Below, in pieces: positions 9,849 through 18,856 of a stretch of DNA of 64,000 nt (the first letter of the stretch is position 1; each line of letters starts with the position of its first letter). Below the pieces are notes generated by a model. It made no database searches. It saw only the letters and a list, made by a program, of their open reading frames with translations, and was not told the origin of the DNA. The position numbers were made by a program, and so were the translations under genes. Origin of the DNA: an uncultured Acidobacteriaceae bacterium (GTDB lineage: Bacteria; Acidobacteriota; Terriglobia; Terriglobales; Acidobacteriaceae); NCBI GenBank assembly GCA_963840985.1, contig CAWJDN010000001.1, forward strand, positions 272-64,271, in the 5' to 3' direction.

Positions 9849-9857
9849 TGCTATAAT
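9849..9857 (+). promoter_or_regulatory. Extended -10 promoter (TGcTATAAT)
   Basis: Perfect TGn-TATAAT 14 nt upstream of the ATG at 9872. Confidence 0.6.
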
Positions 9858-9871
9858 GAACCGAATTTTTC

Positions 9872-10051
9872 ATGAAGCTTACAGGGTTCTTGTTGCTGCT
9901 AGGGGGATGGATCATTGTCCTGGCCGCCATCGCACTGTTGCCGTCCGGCCCCTCGCAAGTTAGCTTTGTGCTGGTGGCGCTGGGAGTGCAGGCGCTGGGA
10001 TTGACGCTGGTTTTTCGTGCGCACTTGATTCCTGGCAGGGACCGAAGGTGA
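9872..10051 (+). CDS. Small two-TM membrane protein (59 aa; not in the ORF track)
   Basis: Translates as MKLTGFLLLLGGWIIVLAAIALLPSGPSQVSFVLVALGVQALGLTLVFRAHLIPGRDRR. Its stop overlaps the amt start (GTGA). Confidence 0.75.
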   Translation: MKLTGFLLLLGGWIIVLAAIALLPSGPSQVSFVLVALGVQALGLTLVFRAHLIPGRDRR

Positions 10052-11319
10052 CCCCGGTGCGCGTTCCTGCGCTGTCAGAAACCACGGCCGCGCTCAGCTT
10101 TCTTTTCATCCTCCTGATTCCTTGCGCCGCTGCCGGTCTCGCGCTTATCAATGCCGGACTCGGCCGATTCCGGAATGCGGCTCATTCCATGCTGAGCGCG
10201 CTGTGCGTCATCGCGACAGCGGCACTGGTTTACTTCGCCATCGGCACGGCGTGGCAGGGCGCGGCCGGACAACCAGCGTTCGCTCTACACGTAGCTGGGG
10301 AGGACTGGAATTGGATCGGCGCGGGGCGCTTCTTCTTGCGTGGGCTGGAGCTAGGCGGATGGTCCTCACTCGCCACGCTCTTCGGATTAATGAGCGCCGG
10401 ACTGACCGCGATGATCCCATTGGGCAGCGGCGCCGATCGTTGGCGTTTGGGCGCCAGTTGCGCGTCCACGGTTTTGCTTGCCGGTTGGACCTATCCTCTG
10501 TTTGCGCACTGGGCATGGGGAGGCGGATGGCTGACCCAACTTGGCTTTCTCGATAGCGGAGGCGCGGGTGCCATTCAAGTGGTGGGCGGCTTAACCGCTC
10601 TTTCCGTCACCTGGATACTGGGCCCCCGGCGCGGCAAATTCAACGCCGACGGCGTGCCCTCGGCGCTCCCCGGTCACAACGCTGTCTTAGTTTTACTGGG
10701 CTGCTTTCTCGCTTGGCTGGGATGGCTGGGTCTGGATGGCGCGGGCGCAATTCTCTTCACCGGCGTGGAAGCCAGCCGAGCGGTTTTGATCGCCGTGAAT
10801 ACCACGCTGGCCGCCGGGTCGGCAGCGCTCTCGGTGGCAGGGATCACGCGTGCTCGCTTCGGCAAGACCGACGCGTCTCTGTGCGCGAATGGCTGGGTGG
10901 CCGGCTTGGTGGCGGTGAGCGCGGGTTGTGCCGTGGTGCGTCCGGCCGGCGCGGTGATTATCGGATTGGCGGCGGGCGCGGTGGTGGTTTATTCGGTGGA
11001 GTGGCTGGAACTGCGTCTCGGCGTGGACGATCCGGGCGGCTCCATCTCAGTGCACGCCGTCGCTGGTTTATGGGGGTTGTTGGCAACGGGACTACTGGCG
11101 GCCGTTGGCCCGGTGCTTTGGCTGGTGCAACTGGTTGGAATCGCCACGCTGCTGGGATTTATTCTGCCGCTGACTTACGGATTGAACTGGATTCTCAATC
11201 GGATCTCGCCGCAACGCGTCGCGGTGGAAGGCGAACGCCAGGGCTTGGATCTCTACGAATTAGGCGCCGGCGCGTATCCCGACTTCATGACGCACAACGA
11301 AGACTTCTGGCAGCGCTAG
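10048..11319 (+). CDS. Ammonium transporter (Amt) family protein, atypical
   Basis: Motifs YPLFAHWAWGGGWL, LGPRRGKF, NGWVAGLVAVSAG, DDPGGSISVH, GLD. Several pore residues are substituted. Confidence 0.9.
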   Translation: MTPVRVPALSETTAALSFLFILLIPCAAAGLALINAGLGRFRNAAHSMLSALCVIATAALVYFAIGTAWQGAAGQPAFALHVAGEDWNWIGAGRFFLRGLELGGWSSLATLFGLMSAGLTAMIPLGSGADRWRLGASCASTVLLAGWTYPLFAHWAWGGGWLTQLGFLDSGGAGAIQVVGGLTALSVTWILGPRRGKFNADGVPSALPGHNAVLVLLGCFLAWLGWLGLDGAGAILFTGVEASRAVLIAVNTTLAAGSAALSVAGITRARFGKTDASLCANGWVAGLVAVSAGCAVVRPAGAVIIGLAAGAVVVYSVEWLELRLGVDDPGGSISVHAVAGLWGLLATGLLAAVGPVLWLVQLVGIATLLGFILPLTYGLNWILNRISPQRVAVEGERQGLDLYELGAGAYPDFMTHNEDFWQR

Positions 11320-11494
11320 TCTATCTGTGCTCATCCGCCCTTCGTTCCCTGGGGCTCTCTCGGCTCTTCGCGGTGTGGCAGACCGGCGTGGCTTTTTGCC
11401 TCGGACTGATGATTTCGCGCGAAGAACCTGATGTGGAGATTTGACCGGGAGGATCCTTGAACGCTACGAGCGACTGCATCTTAAGTTACTCTAG

Positions 11495-13171
11495 ATGAGT
11501 ATGGCTGGCGTCGCAGCCAAATTCATTCCGAGAGAACTGCTGATCCACACGCCGGACGGGGCAACGCGTCCGCTCGCGCTGGAGCGTGAACGCTACACGC
11601 TTGGGCGTTCGAGCGCCAACGAGCTGTGCTACCCGGAGGATGCCGGGCTATCGCGCCAGCACCTGGCGCTGGAAAAAGCCGGCGATACCTGGATGGTGCG
11701 CGACTTAGGCAGCAAGAACGGCACCTTCGTCAATGGGGTCCGCATTACCAGCCCTTATCCGCTCGGCAAGAACGATCGCGTAACGGCCGGGCACATCGCG
11801 ATGGATTTCGGCGAGAATTCACTGCCTCCTCCCGCCGACAACACGGTCGTCTTCATCGAGGGCGTCACTCCCACCACTTCGGTTTCCACCACCGTAGCCA
11901 CCAGTCTCAAGGGCGTGTTGAGTCAAGAGAAGGAGATTGAAGGCGGTCCGCAAATGCGCGCGCTGATTCGCGCCGGACGGGAACTGGCCGGGAACATGCC
12001 GCTGGCGGAGCTTTTCAAGCTCATCATGAATCTGTCGGTGGACGCTGTGGGCGCCACGCGCGGCGTGCTGATGACTATCGAGGGTAAGGAACTGGTGGTG
12101 CAAGCGGCGCTGGGCGAAGGCTTCCGCATCAGCAACACCGTGCGCGACCGCGTCATCAAGGAGAAGACGTCGCTGCTGGTGCGTGACGCCCGCCTGGACG
12201 AAGCGTTTGCCGATCGCATGAGTATCGTGCAGCAGCAGATCCGGAGCATGCTCGCGGTGCCGCTGCAGACCGATGATCGCGTTATCGGGCTCATCTACCT
12301 GGATTCGCCGCACTTCATCAAGGAATTCAGCAAGGACGATCTCAGCCTGCTCACCGTTATGGCGAACGTGGCGGCCATACGAATCGAGCACACGCGCCTG
12401 GCGGAAGTGGAACAGGCGGAGCGACTGCACGCCAAAGAACTGGATCAGGCCGCCGAAATCCAGCGCAGCCTGCTGCCGGTGACCGTGCCCGTCGTTGCCG
12501 GGGTGGATCTGGCCGGATACAACGCAGCCTGTCACGGCGTGGGCGGCGATTACTACGATTTTTTGCCGTACCCCGATGGGCGCGTCGGAATGCTGGTGGG
12601 TGACGTGGCGGGGAAGGGAATGCCGGCCGCTCTGCTGATGTCCAGTTTGCAGGCGCGCGTCCAAGTGTTGTTTGACGATCCCACCAATCTGGCCGCCCTG
12701 GTGACGCGGTTGAATCGCATCATCACCGCCAACTGCCCCTCCAACCGCTTCATCACTTTCTTCATTGGCATCCTGGATCCGAAAACGGGCGAACTAACGT
12801 ATGTCAACGCCGGCCACAATCCGCCACTGGTGGCGCACGCCGATGGAACGGTCGAAAAGCTGGAAGGCACCGGACTGATCCTGGGCATTTTGGCGATGGC
12901 TACCTATCAGCAGGGTGTATGCCAGATGGGCCCGGGCGACGCGTTGCTGCTCTTCAGCGACGGCGTCACCGAACCGGTTGCTCCGGATCGCGATGAAGAA
13001 TTCGGTGAAGAGCGGCTGGCGCAGGTTCTGGCGGGGCTGCGGAACCAAAGTGCGGAGGCGATCATCGCATCCATCAACCAAAAGGTGGACGATTTCACCC
13101 AAGGTGCTCCACCTGCCGATGACATTACGTTGGTGGTCGTCAAACGGCTTGCCGGTGGCAGTCCGGCCTAA
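11495..13171 (+). CDS. FHA-GAF-SpoIIE (PP2C-type) phosphatase
   Basis: FHA motifs (LGRS, SRQH, DLGSKNGT), a GAF domain, and PP2C motifs (VGGDYYD, GDVAGKG, FSDGVTE, DDIT). Confidence 0.93.
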   Translation: MSMAGVAAKFIPRELLIHTPDGATRPLALERERYTLGRSSANELCYPEDAGLSRQHLALEKAGDTWMVRDLGSKNGTFVNGVRITSPYPLGKNDRVTAGHIAMDFGENSLPPPADNTVVFIEGVTPTTSVSTTVATSLKGVLSQEKEIEGGPQMRALIRAGRELAGNMPLAELFKLIMNLSVDAVGATRGVLMTIEGKELVVQAALGEGFRISNTVRDRVIKEKTSLLVRDARLDEAFADRMSIVQQQIRSMLAVPLQTDDRVIGLIYLDSPHFIKEFSKDDLSLLTVMANVAAIRIEHTRLAEVEQAERLHAKELDQAAEIQRSLLPVTVPVVAGVDLAGYNAACHGVGGDYYDFLPYPDGRVGMLVGDVAGKGMPAALLMSSLQARVQVLFDDPTNLAALVTRLNRIITANCPSNRFITFFIGILDPKTGELTYVNAGHNPPLVAHADGTVEKLEGTGLILGILAMATYQQGVCQMGPGDALLLFSDGVTEPVAPDRDEEFGEERLAQVLAGLRNQSAEAIIASINQKVDDFTQGAPPADDITLVVVKRLAGGSPA

Positions 13172-13172
13172 A

Positions 13173-13757
13173 TCAGCCGAGGGCCGATAATACGAACCGC
13201 ACACGTGCTTCCACCGAATCCAGCGGAAGTGAAACGGGGCTGTAGCCCAGCTCAGAGTAAGTTTGGACCATCATTTCATAGGTAGCCTGGGCCTCTTCGA
13301 AAGACTGTTTACGCTCCGCATCCGGCGTGAAAATTTTAGGCCACGGCGGCGCGACAAACACGCGTTGGTGATAACGGAAGATGCGCGCTGCCTGGTCTAC
13401 ATGGGACGGGACGGGCAGGCCGCTCAGGCGCAGGTAACCGAGCACGTCGGGCACGCCACGGTCGAAAACCACAGGACCGCTCAGCCGCAACGCAGCCCGG
13501 TACGATCGTATTTCCCAACTCAACATCAGTTCGGCGAAAGCGCTTCGATCCGCCCAGGGCAAAGCTTGGCCGCCGATGGACAACTGGTCCTGGATAATCG
13601 CACGGCCGGCTTCCGGCATAGTGCAAACGCCGTGCTCAACCAACGCCTCAATGAGGGTACTCTTTCCAGAGCCTGGCCCTCCGGTGATCACGAACAATCG
13701 ATCCAAATTCAAGAACCGATCTTGCTTCAAGAACCGATCTTGCGCTTCTTCAGCCAT
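13173..13757 (-). CDS. AAA_28/NadR-type P-loop ATPase
   Basis: Motifs ITGGPGSGKST, FDRGVPD, PPWPKIF..D.ERKQ. Confidence 0.88.
   Translation of the reverse strand: MAEEAQDRFLKQDRFLNLDRLFVITGGPGSGKSTLIEALVEHGVCTMPEAGRAIIQDQLSIGGQALPWADRSAFAELMLSWEIRSYRAALRLSGPVVFDRGVPDVLGYLRLSGLPVPSHVDQAARIFRYHQRVFVAPPWPKIFTPDAERKQSFEEAQATYEMMVQTYSELGYSPVSLPLDSVEARVRFVLSALG
13708..13743. repeat. 18-bp tandem duplication TTCAAGAACCGATCTTGC x2
   Basis: Exact copies at 13708-13725 and 13726-13743. They encode QDRFLK/QDRFLN near the ATPase N-terminus. Confidence 0.9.
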
Positions 13758-14581
13758 CGGAAAATCTGCGGCCAGAGCTGGTCCATCTCGGCGGGCGTGA
13801 AGCCGTGCCTTCCGCCCGGGATGGTAATCAGCTCGGCTTCGTCGCCAGCACCTTTGAGAGCTTTTACGAGCGTTACGCTCTGTTCGTAGGGGACGGTGGG
13901 GTCAGCGTCGCCATGCAGGACCAAAATTGGGGGCAATCCTTTGCGCACATAGGTGATCGGCGAGACCCGCCGGGCCAGTTCCATGCGATCGGGCTGCTCC
14001 GGAATCCACGCGACCGCGTAATCCCGCTCATTGGGTCCGGTGAGTTGATCGGCGACATCCGCGATGCCGAAGAAATCGATCGCGGCGGCGATTTTGATCG
14101 GGTCCCCTAGACCGGCCGACGCCGGCGTCATCGCCGTCATCAGCGCCAGATGTCCACCCGCCGAACTACCTGTCACCAGAATTCGCTTTGGGTCCACCTG
14201 GTACTGCGCAGCATGGTCCAGGAACCATTGCGCCGCTTTGAGAACGTCGTTCACCGCTGCCGGCGCAGGCGCCGACCTGGCCAGCCGGTACTCGACGTTT
14301 GCCACCACCATGCCGTGCCGCACAAAGGGCAGGCAATACTCCTCAAGCATGGCCTCCTTGTTGCCTTGCACCCAGCCGCCGCCGTGAATGACGATTACCC
14401 CAGGCCGGTCGGCCAGCGATGGGGCGCTGGGCTGCAGGATATCGAGGACGGTCTCCCCATAATGGTCGTAACGGATATTGGCTTGGATCTGATAATCCGG
14501 GGCAGATCCGGCGCTGGACCAACCCGCGAACCAACACCCGGCGAGCGATAATGAAACTGCATAGATGAGGCGGCGGCTCAC
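13727..14581 (-). CDS. Secreted alpha/beta hydrolase (esterase, BD-FAE-like)
   Basis: Motifs HGGGW, GSSAGGH, HGDADPTVP, HGF. Start uncertain (GTG 14581 precedes the signal peptide). Confidence 0.88.
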   Translation of the reverse strand: MSRRLIYAVSLSLAGCWFAGWSSAGSAPDYQIQANIRYDHYGETVLDILQPSAPSLADRPGVIVIHGGGWVQGNKEAMLEEYCLPFVRHGMVVANVEYRLARSAPAPAAVNDVLKAAQWFLDHAAQYQVDPKRILVTGSSAGGHLALMTAMTPASAGLGDPIKIAAAIDFFGIADVADQLTGPNERDYAVAWIPEQPDRMELARRVSPITYVRKGLPPILVLHGDADPTVPYEQSVTLVKALKGAGDEAELITIPGGRHGFTPAEMDQLWPQIFRWLKKRKIGS

Positions 14582-15314
14582 AATCCTCAGTTTACTCTGC
14601 GCCCTGGTTGCGGCCGCGATCGATATCGGCCAGCCCATCGGAAGCCGCTTTTCCGGCGCAAATGTGCGGCTGGGGCCCAATGGCGCGCTGATTTTGTTTG
14701 GAGCATCGCAGGCGAAGCTGGCCAGGTTGGACGAGCATCAAGGGGCTTTCCGCAAGCTGGGAATCGAAGCTTCCCACCTAAGCGGGGATGGTTCAGGCTG
14801 GATTGTATTGAACGCGAAGCATATCATCGTCGCGAAGTACGATCCAAGCGACACGCCGGCCGCCATCTTGATCCATCAGTTCGGATGGACTCCGGAGCCC
14901 TTAAACGACATCGAAGGCAAACAGCTTACCGCGCGGATCGGCGCCAGTGATTCGAGCGTCGCGCCGGGCGACCGGGTTGCACTGACGCTCGATGTTGACC
15001 TGGAGCCGAATATGCACGTATACGCGCCGGGCGTGGAAGGCTACATCCCGATTGATTGGAAAGTGCAGCAGTCCGCGGCGGCCCAAGTGCACGAGGCCGT
15101 TTTCCCGCGCGCCGAGAAGTTGTATTTGAAGGCGATTGACGAAACGGTTCCCGCGTATCGGAACCATTTTCGGCTGATTCGCGATCTTACCATCGGCGCG
15201 GGCACGCCCGGACAGCTTGCCGTCGAGGGATCGCTGCGCTATCAGGCGTGTGACGATCGGGTCTGTTATATTCCACAAACGCTCGCGTTGCACTGGACAT
15301 TCGATCGCCGCTAG
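14565..15314 (+). CDS. Secreted protein with DsbD N-terminal-like domain and degenerate redoxin-like N-terminus
   Basis: HVYAPG and YQACDDRVC motifs, and a signal peptide. Confidence 0.75.
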   Translation: MRRRLTILSLLCALVAAAIDIGQPIGSRFSGANVRLGPNGALILFGASQAKLARLDEHQGAFRKLGIEASHLSGDGSGWIVLNAKHIIVAKYDPSDTPAAILIHQFGWTPEPLNDIEGKQLTARIGASDSSVAPGDRVALTLDVDLEPNMHVYAPGVEGYIPIDWKVQQSAAAQVHEAVFPRAEKLYLKAIDETVPAYRNHFRLIRDLTIGAGTPGQLAVEGSLRYQACDDRVCYIPQTLALHWTFDRR

Positions 15315-17167
15315 AAGTCCAATTCCCGGACGATTCCGGCGGTACCTTTTTTTGGATCGGGCTTAACGGCGTAATCCACCGCGATGGGAAACGGCTTTTG
15401 AGCGCCGCAGGTGAAATCGTGATGCGCTTCGCCCGAGTGCTTAATCAGTACGCTGCTCGGATCGGCTATCTCAAAGACTATCGCCGATCCCCCGGCCAGA
15501 ACGTGGAGGCGCGCTGAGGTGCCGCTGCAATCCAGGCGCTGTGCCACGCCCTCAATGTGAGCCATTTGTTCGCCTCCCTGAATAAAAGGGTTTCGTGGAG
15601 GGCTTACCTGGACCGCCTGGTCCGGCGCGGGACTGTGCCGCAACGTCGGCCGGCCGGTACCTTCGGCGTCATTGCTAGTCTGCAGGGTGGGTTTCGGCGG
15701 GAGCCCTGGAGTTTGGGCACTGGCCGACTGAGACGCGTCCAATGTTTTCAGAAGAGAGTCAGCCTGCTCGGTATCCGCACTGCTCTTAGCCCACTTCCTG
15801 GCCGACTCGGCGTTCTTACGCGCTTCATCCGGGTGCCCCGTGCCGAGGTCCGAGTACGCCAAGGCGAGAAAATAGGAAGGGGCCTGCTCGGGGTTGACCT
15901 TCTTTACCTGGTGGAGCTGATCGGCAGCCTCCGCATAACTCCCCTGGCTCGCAAGCGTAAGACCGAGCGCCAGGCGCGCCTCGACGTAATCAGGCTTGAG
16001 CTCGAGCGCTCTCCGCAAGAGAGAAACAACTTCCTTGCTGGTTGGTGTTTCTTGCGATTCCAGCATCGCGTAGTCGAAGCACATCTGCGCATTCCTGGTT
16101 CCGGACGCGTAGGCGTGTTTAAAATATCCGGCGGCGGACTTCCGATCGTTCGCCTGCCAGGCCAGATATCCCAATGCCTCATCGGCCTCCGGCTGGCCAG
16201 GGTTTTCCTTAGCCAATTGTTCGTATGCATGCAGCGCTTCATCCCGCTTGTGGACCATCGACAACAAGTCGGCGAGAACCAGCCCCGATTCGAGAGCCGT
16301 GGCCTGCGAGACTTGCGGGTTTTCGGACGACTTTTCGAGCTTCACGTTGAAGAGCGCGCCGTAGAACTGGCTGCTTCTGCTGTATCGATCCAGATCTTTC
16401 CGTACTTCCTTCAGCCCTTTCCCAAAGACGCTCTGAAAGGCTTGCGCTGTATCCTGCCCATTCGCTACGGTCAGAACGAATTTAGAGAAATTCTCCCGGT
16501 AGTCGGCGGAGAAATAGAGCATGTGTACCAGGAGCCAGCTCTCGGCATAAAAGATCCCGGCCTTATTCGTTTCGTTATACATCGGTGAATTTTGATCCAC
16601 CAACGCCAGGACCGGCAAATCGATCCACCTCGAGTTCAATAGCGCCTGCAAGCGGCCAGGCAGCAGAGCCCCGACCAGCGCCTTGTTTCCCTGCGGTCTC
16701 AGGCTGGAATAAAGTTCGGCCCAGCCTTCATTCAGCCAGACCGGCACCTTGAGGCCATCGCGCTCAATCACCAGGTGGGTATATTCGTGAATCGCGGCTG
16801 GATAGTTCTCGCTTGATATGTCCTGCATGACGATGAACTCGCGGTTGCGGCTGTGCGCGTAATATGCCACTGCGCCCGCGTTCATCCGATATGGCTTGTA
16901 CTCGCCTTCCGATCGAAACGCAACGATTCGTACTGGAGCCTCATCACGCTTGGCGGGGCTCGTTTGGATGAAAAAACTGCGGACCTGTTCGAAATACAGG
17001 ATGGCTTCGCGGCCCTTTTTCTCGCCTGCTGTTGTGTATAGCTCAAAATGCGGCGTTTCGAGCTTGATCCATTCTTCCGGTGCGCCGGCTAATTCCTGGG
17101 CCAGAGCAGCGCTAAGGACCAGCGCGGCAGCCACTCTGGAGCCGGGTTTTCCGGAAAAACATCCCAT
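15311..17167 (-). CDS. Zincin-motif (DUF1570-like) plus TPR secreted protein
   Basis: Motifs HEYTH, PVWLNEGWAE, FYAESWLLVH and multiple TPRs. Start uncertain. Confidence 0.8.
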   Translation of the reverse strand: MGCFSGKPGSRVAAALVLSAALAQELAGAPEEWIKLETPHFELYTTAGEKKGREAILYFEQVRSFFIQTSPAKRDEAPVRIVAFRSEGEYKPYRMNAGAVAYYAHSRNREFIVMQDISSENYPAAIHEYTHLVIERDGLKVPVWLNEGWAELYSSLRPQGNKALVGALLPGRLQALLNSRWIDLPVLALVDQNSPMYNETNKAGIFYAESWLLVHMLYFSADYRENFSKFVLTVANGQDTAQAFQSVFGKGLKEVRKDLDRYSRSSQFYGALFNVKLEKSSENPQVSQATALESGLVLADLLSMVHKRDEALHAYEQLAKENPGQPEADEALGYLAWQANDRKSAAGYFKHAYASGTRNAQMCFDYAMLESQETPTSKEVVSLLRRALELKPDYVEARLALGLTLASQGSYAEAADQLHQVKKVNPEQAPSYFLALAYSDLGTGHPDEARKNAESARKWAKSSADTEQADSLLKTLDASQSASAQTPGLPPKPTLQTSNDAEGTGRPTLRHSPAPDQAVQVSPPRNPFIQGGEQMAHIEGVAQRLDCSGTSARLHVLAGGSAIVFEIADPSSVLIKHSGEAHHDFTCGAQKPFPIAVDYAVKPDPKKGTAGIVRELDF

Positions 17168-17485
17168 AAATAGAGAAACTCCGAACGATTGTAAGGGAGC
17201 TCGGCTTCCATTTGCAAGCCGAAAACGGTGGCGCCCATTGTGGCAAAACCCTGAACGCACTCCGCGCGGAGTGTATCCGCCAGGGCGCCGGCTCGAAACA
17301 GGCGCGGCTCGGAATCGTCCACTTCTGGTTGACAACTAAGAAGCTGCAAGTGACAGCACCGAAACGGTTTGGGTGAAGGCCTTAGACTATACGCTCCGGT
17401 ACCCTACTTAACCAAATTAGTACTATGAGTCATTGGTGGGCCAGCGCGGTCTTTGTTACGGTAGGGAAGGGGATTAAAGAACGGA

Positions 17486-18850
17486 ATGAAAGTATCGATT
17501 ATCGGAACTGGCTACGTGGGTTTGACCACTGGTGTGTGTCTTGGATACCTGGGCCACAAAGTGACTTGTATCGACTCCGATCCTAAGAAGATCGGACTGC
17601 TGCAGGCCGGCAAGACGCCCATCTACGAGCCTTTCCTGACGGAACTGATGGCGGCGGCGGAACCCAACCTGCAGTTCTGCACCGATTACGCGGGTGCGGT
17701 CAAAGATGCCGACGTCATTTTTATAGCGGTGGGCACCCCCCCTTCCCCCGACGGCAGTCCCGACCTGAAATATCTTCGATCCGCGGCGCAAGGCATCGGA
17801 CAGCACTACGATGGCGAGTTTCTGGTGGTGGTGAACAAATCCACCGTGCCCATCGGCAGCGGAAATTGGGTTGGCTCCCTGGTTCGCGAATCCTACGAGC
17901 AACACCATGGGCGCAAAGCCAACGGACACTTCTCGGTGGCATCCAATCCGGAATTTTTACGTGAGGGCACTGCGTTGCATGACAGCCTGTATGCGGATCG
18001 CGTGGTGGTGGGTTCCGACAACAGCCGCGCATTGGAAGTGCTCTATTCGCTCTACCGCCCCATCCTGGATCAGACGTTCGCGCCGCCGCCTTATTTGCCC
18101 CGGCCCGAGGGACTGGGCGCGGTACCGTTGATTGCCACCGATCTGGCTTCGGCCGAGTTGATCAAGTATGCCGCCAATGCGTTTTTAGCGACCAAGATTT
18201 CGTACATCAACGAAATCGGACAGTTGGCCGAAAAGGTCGGCGCCGATATTGCGCAAGTGGCCAAAGGTATCGGACTGGACGCCCGCATCGGAACGCGTTT
18301 TCTGCAGGCCGGTATCGGCTGGGGCGGTTCCTGCTTCGGCAAAGATACGTCGGCGCTGGTGGCCACGGCCAAGGAATACAACATTGGCATGCCGATCGTC
18401 GAAGCCGCACGGGAGATCAATCGCCGCCAGCGCGAGCGCGTGGTGGAGAAGCTGTTGGGCGAATTGAAAATCCTGAAAGGCCGCACCATCGGTCTGCTGG
18501 GTTTGGCATTTAAGCCCAATACCGACGATTTGCGCGAAGCTCCAGCCATCGATATTGCCCGCAAACTGGTGGAGCGCGGCTGCAAGGTGAAGGTTCACGA
18601 CCCGGTGGCGTTGAACAAATTTGAGCTGGATTATCCCGATATCGGCGTGATCTGCTGCGAATCGCCGGAAGAAGTTGCCGACGATGTGGACGCTCTGGTG
18701 TTGGTTACCGAGTGGCAGGAGTATCGCGAACTGGATTGGGAAGTGATGGCCAGCCGGATGCGGACGCCATTGGTGCTCGACGGGCGCAACGCGTTGGACC
18801 GCGTCCGGCTGGAACGCTTCGGCTTCCGCTATCTCGGAATCGCGGGTTAA
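17486..18850 (+). CDS. ugd: UDP-glucose 6-dehydrogenase
   Basis: Motifs GTGYVG, IAVGTP, KSTVP, SNPEFLREG, GGSCFGKD, FKPNTDDLRE. Confidence 0.95.
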   Translation: MKVSIIGTGYVGLTTGVCLGYLGHKVTCIDSDPKKIGLLQAGKTPIYEPFLTELMAAAEPNLQFCTDYAGAVKDADVIFIAVGTPPSPDGSPDLKYLRSAAQGIGQHYDGEFLVVVNKSTVPIGSGNWVGSLVRESYEQHHGRKANGHFSVASNPEFLREGTALHDSLYADRVVVGSDNSRALEVLYSLYRPILDQTFAPPPYLPRPEGLGAVPLIATDLASAELIKYAANAFLATKISYINEIGQLAEKVGADIAQVAKGIGLDARIGTRFLQAGIGWGGSCFGKDTSALVATAKEYNIGMPIVEAAREINRRQRERVVEKLLGELKILKGRTIGLLGLAFKPNTDDLREAPAIDIARKLVERGCKVKVHDPVALNKFELDYPDIGVICCESPEEVADDVDALVLVTEWQEYRELDWEVMASRMRTPLVLDGRNALDRVRLERFGFRYLGIAG

Positions 18851-18856
18851 CGCCCC

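Noticed and set aside
17200-17480. Possible riboswitch or ops element upstream of ugd
   Set aside because: Only isolated short hairpins are present. There is no c-di-GMP aptamer or ops consensus, and the TTGACA at 17329 has no matching -10.
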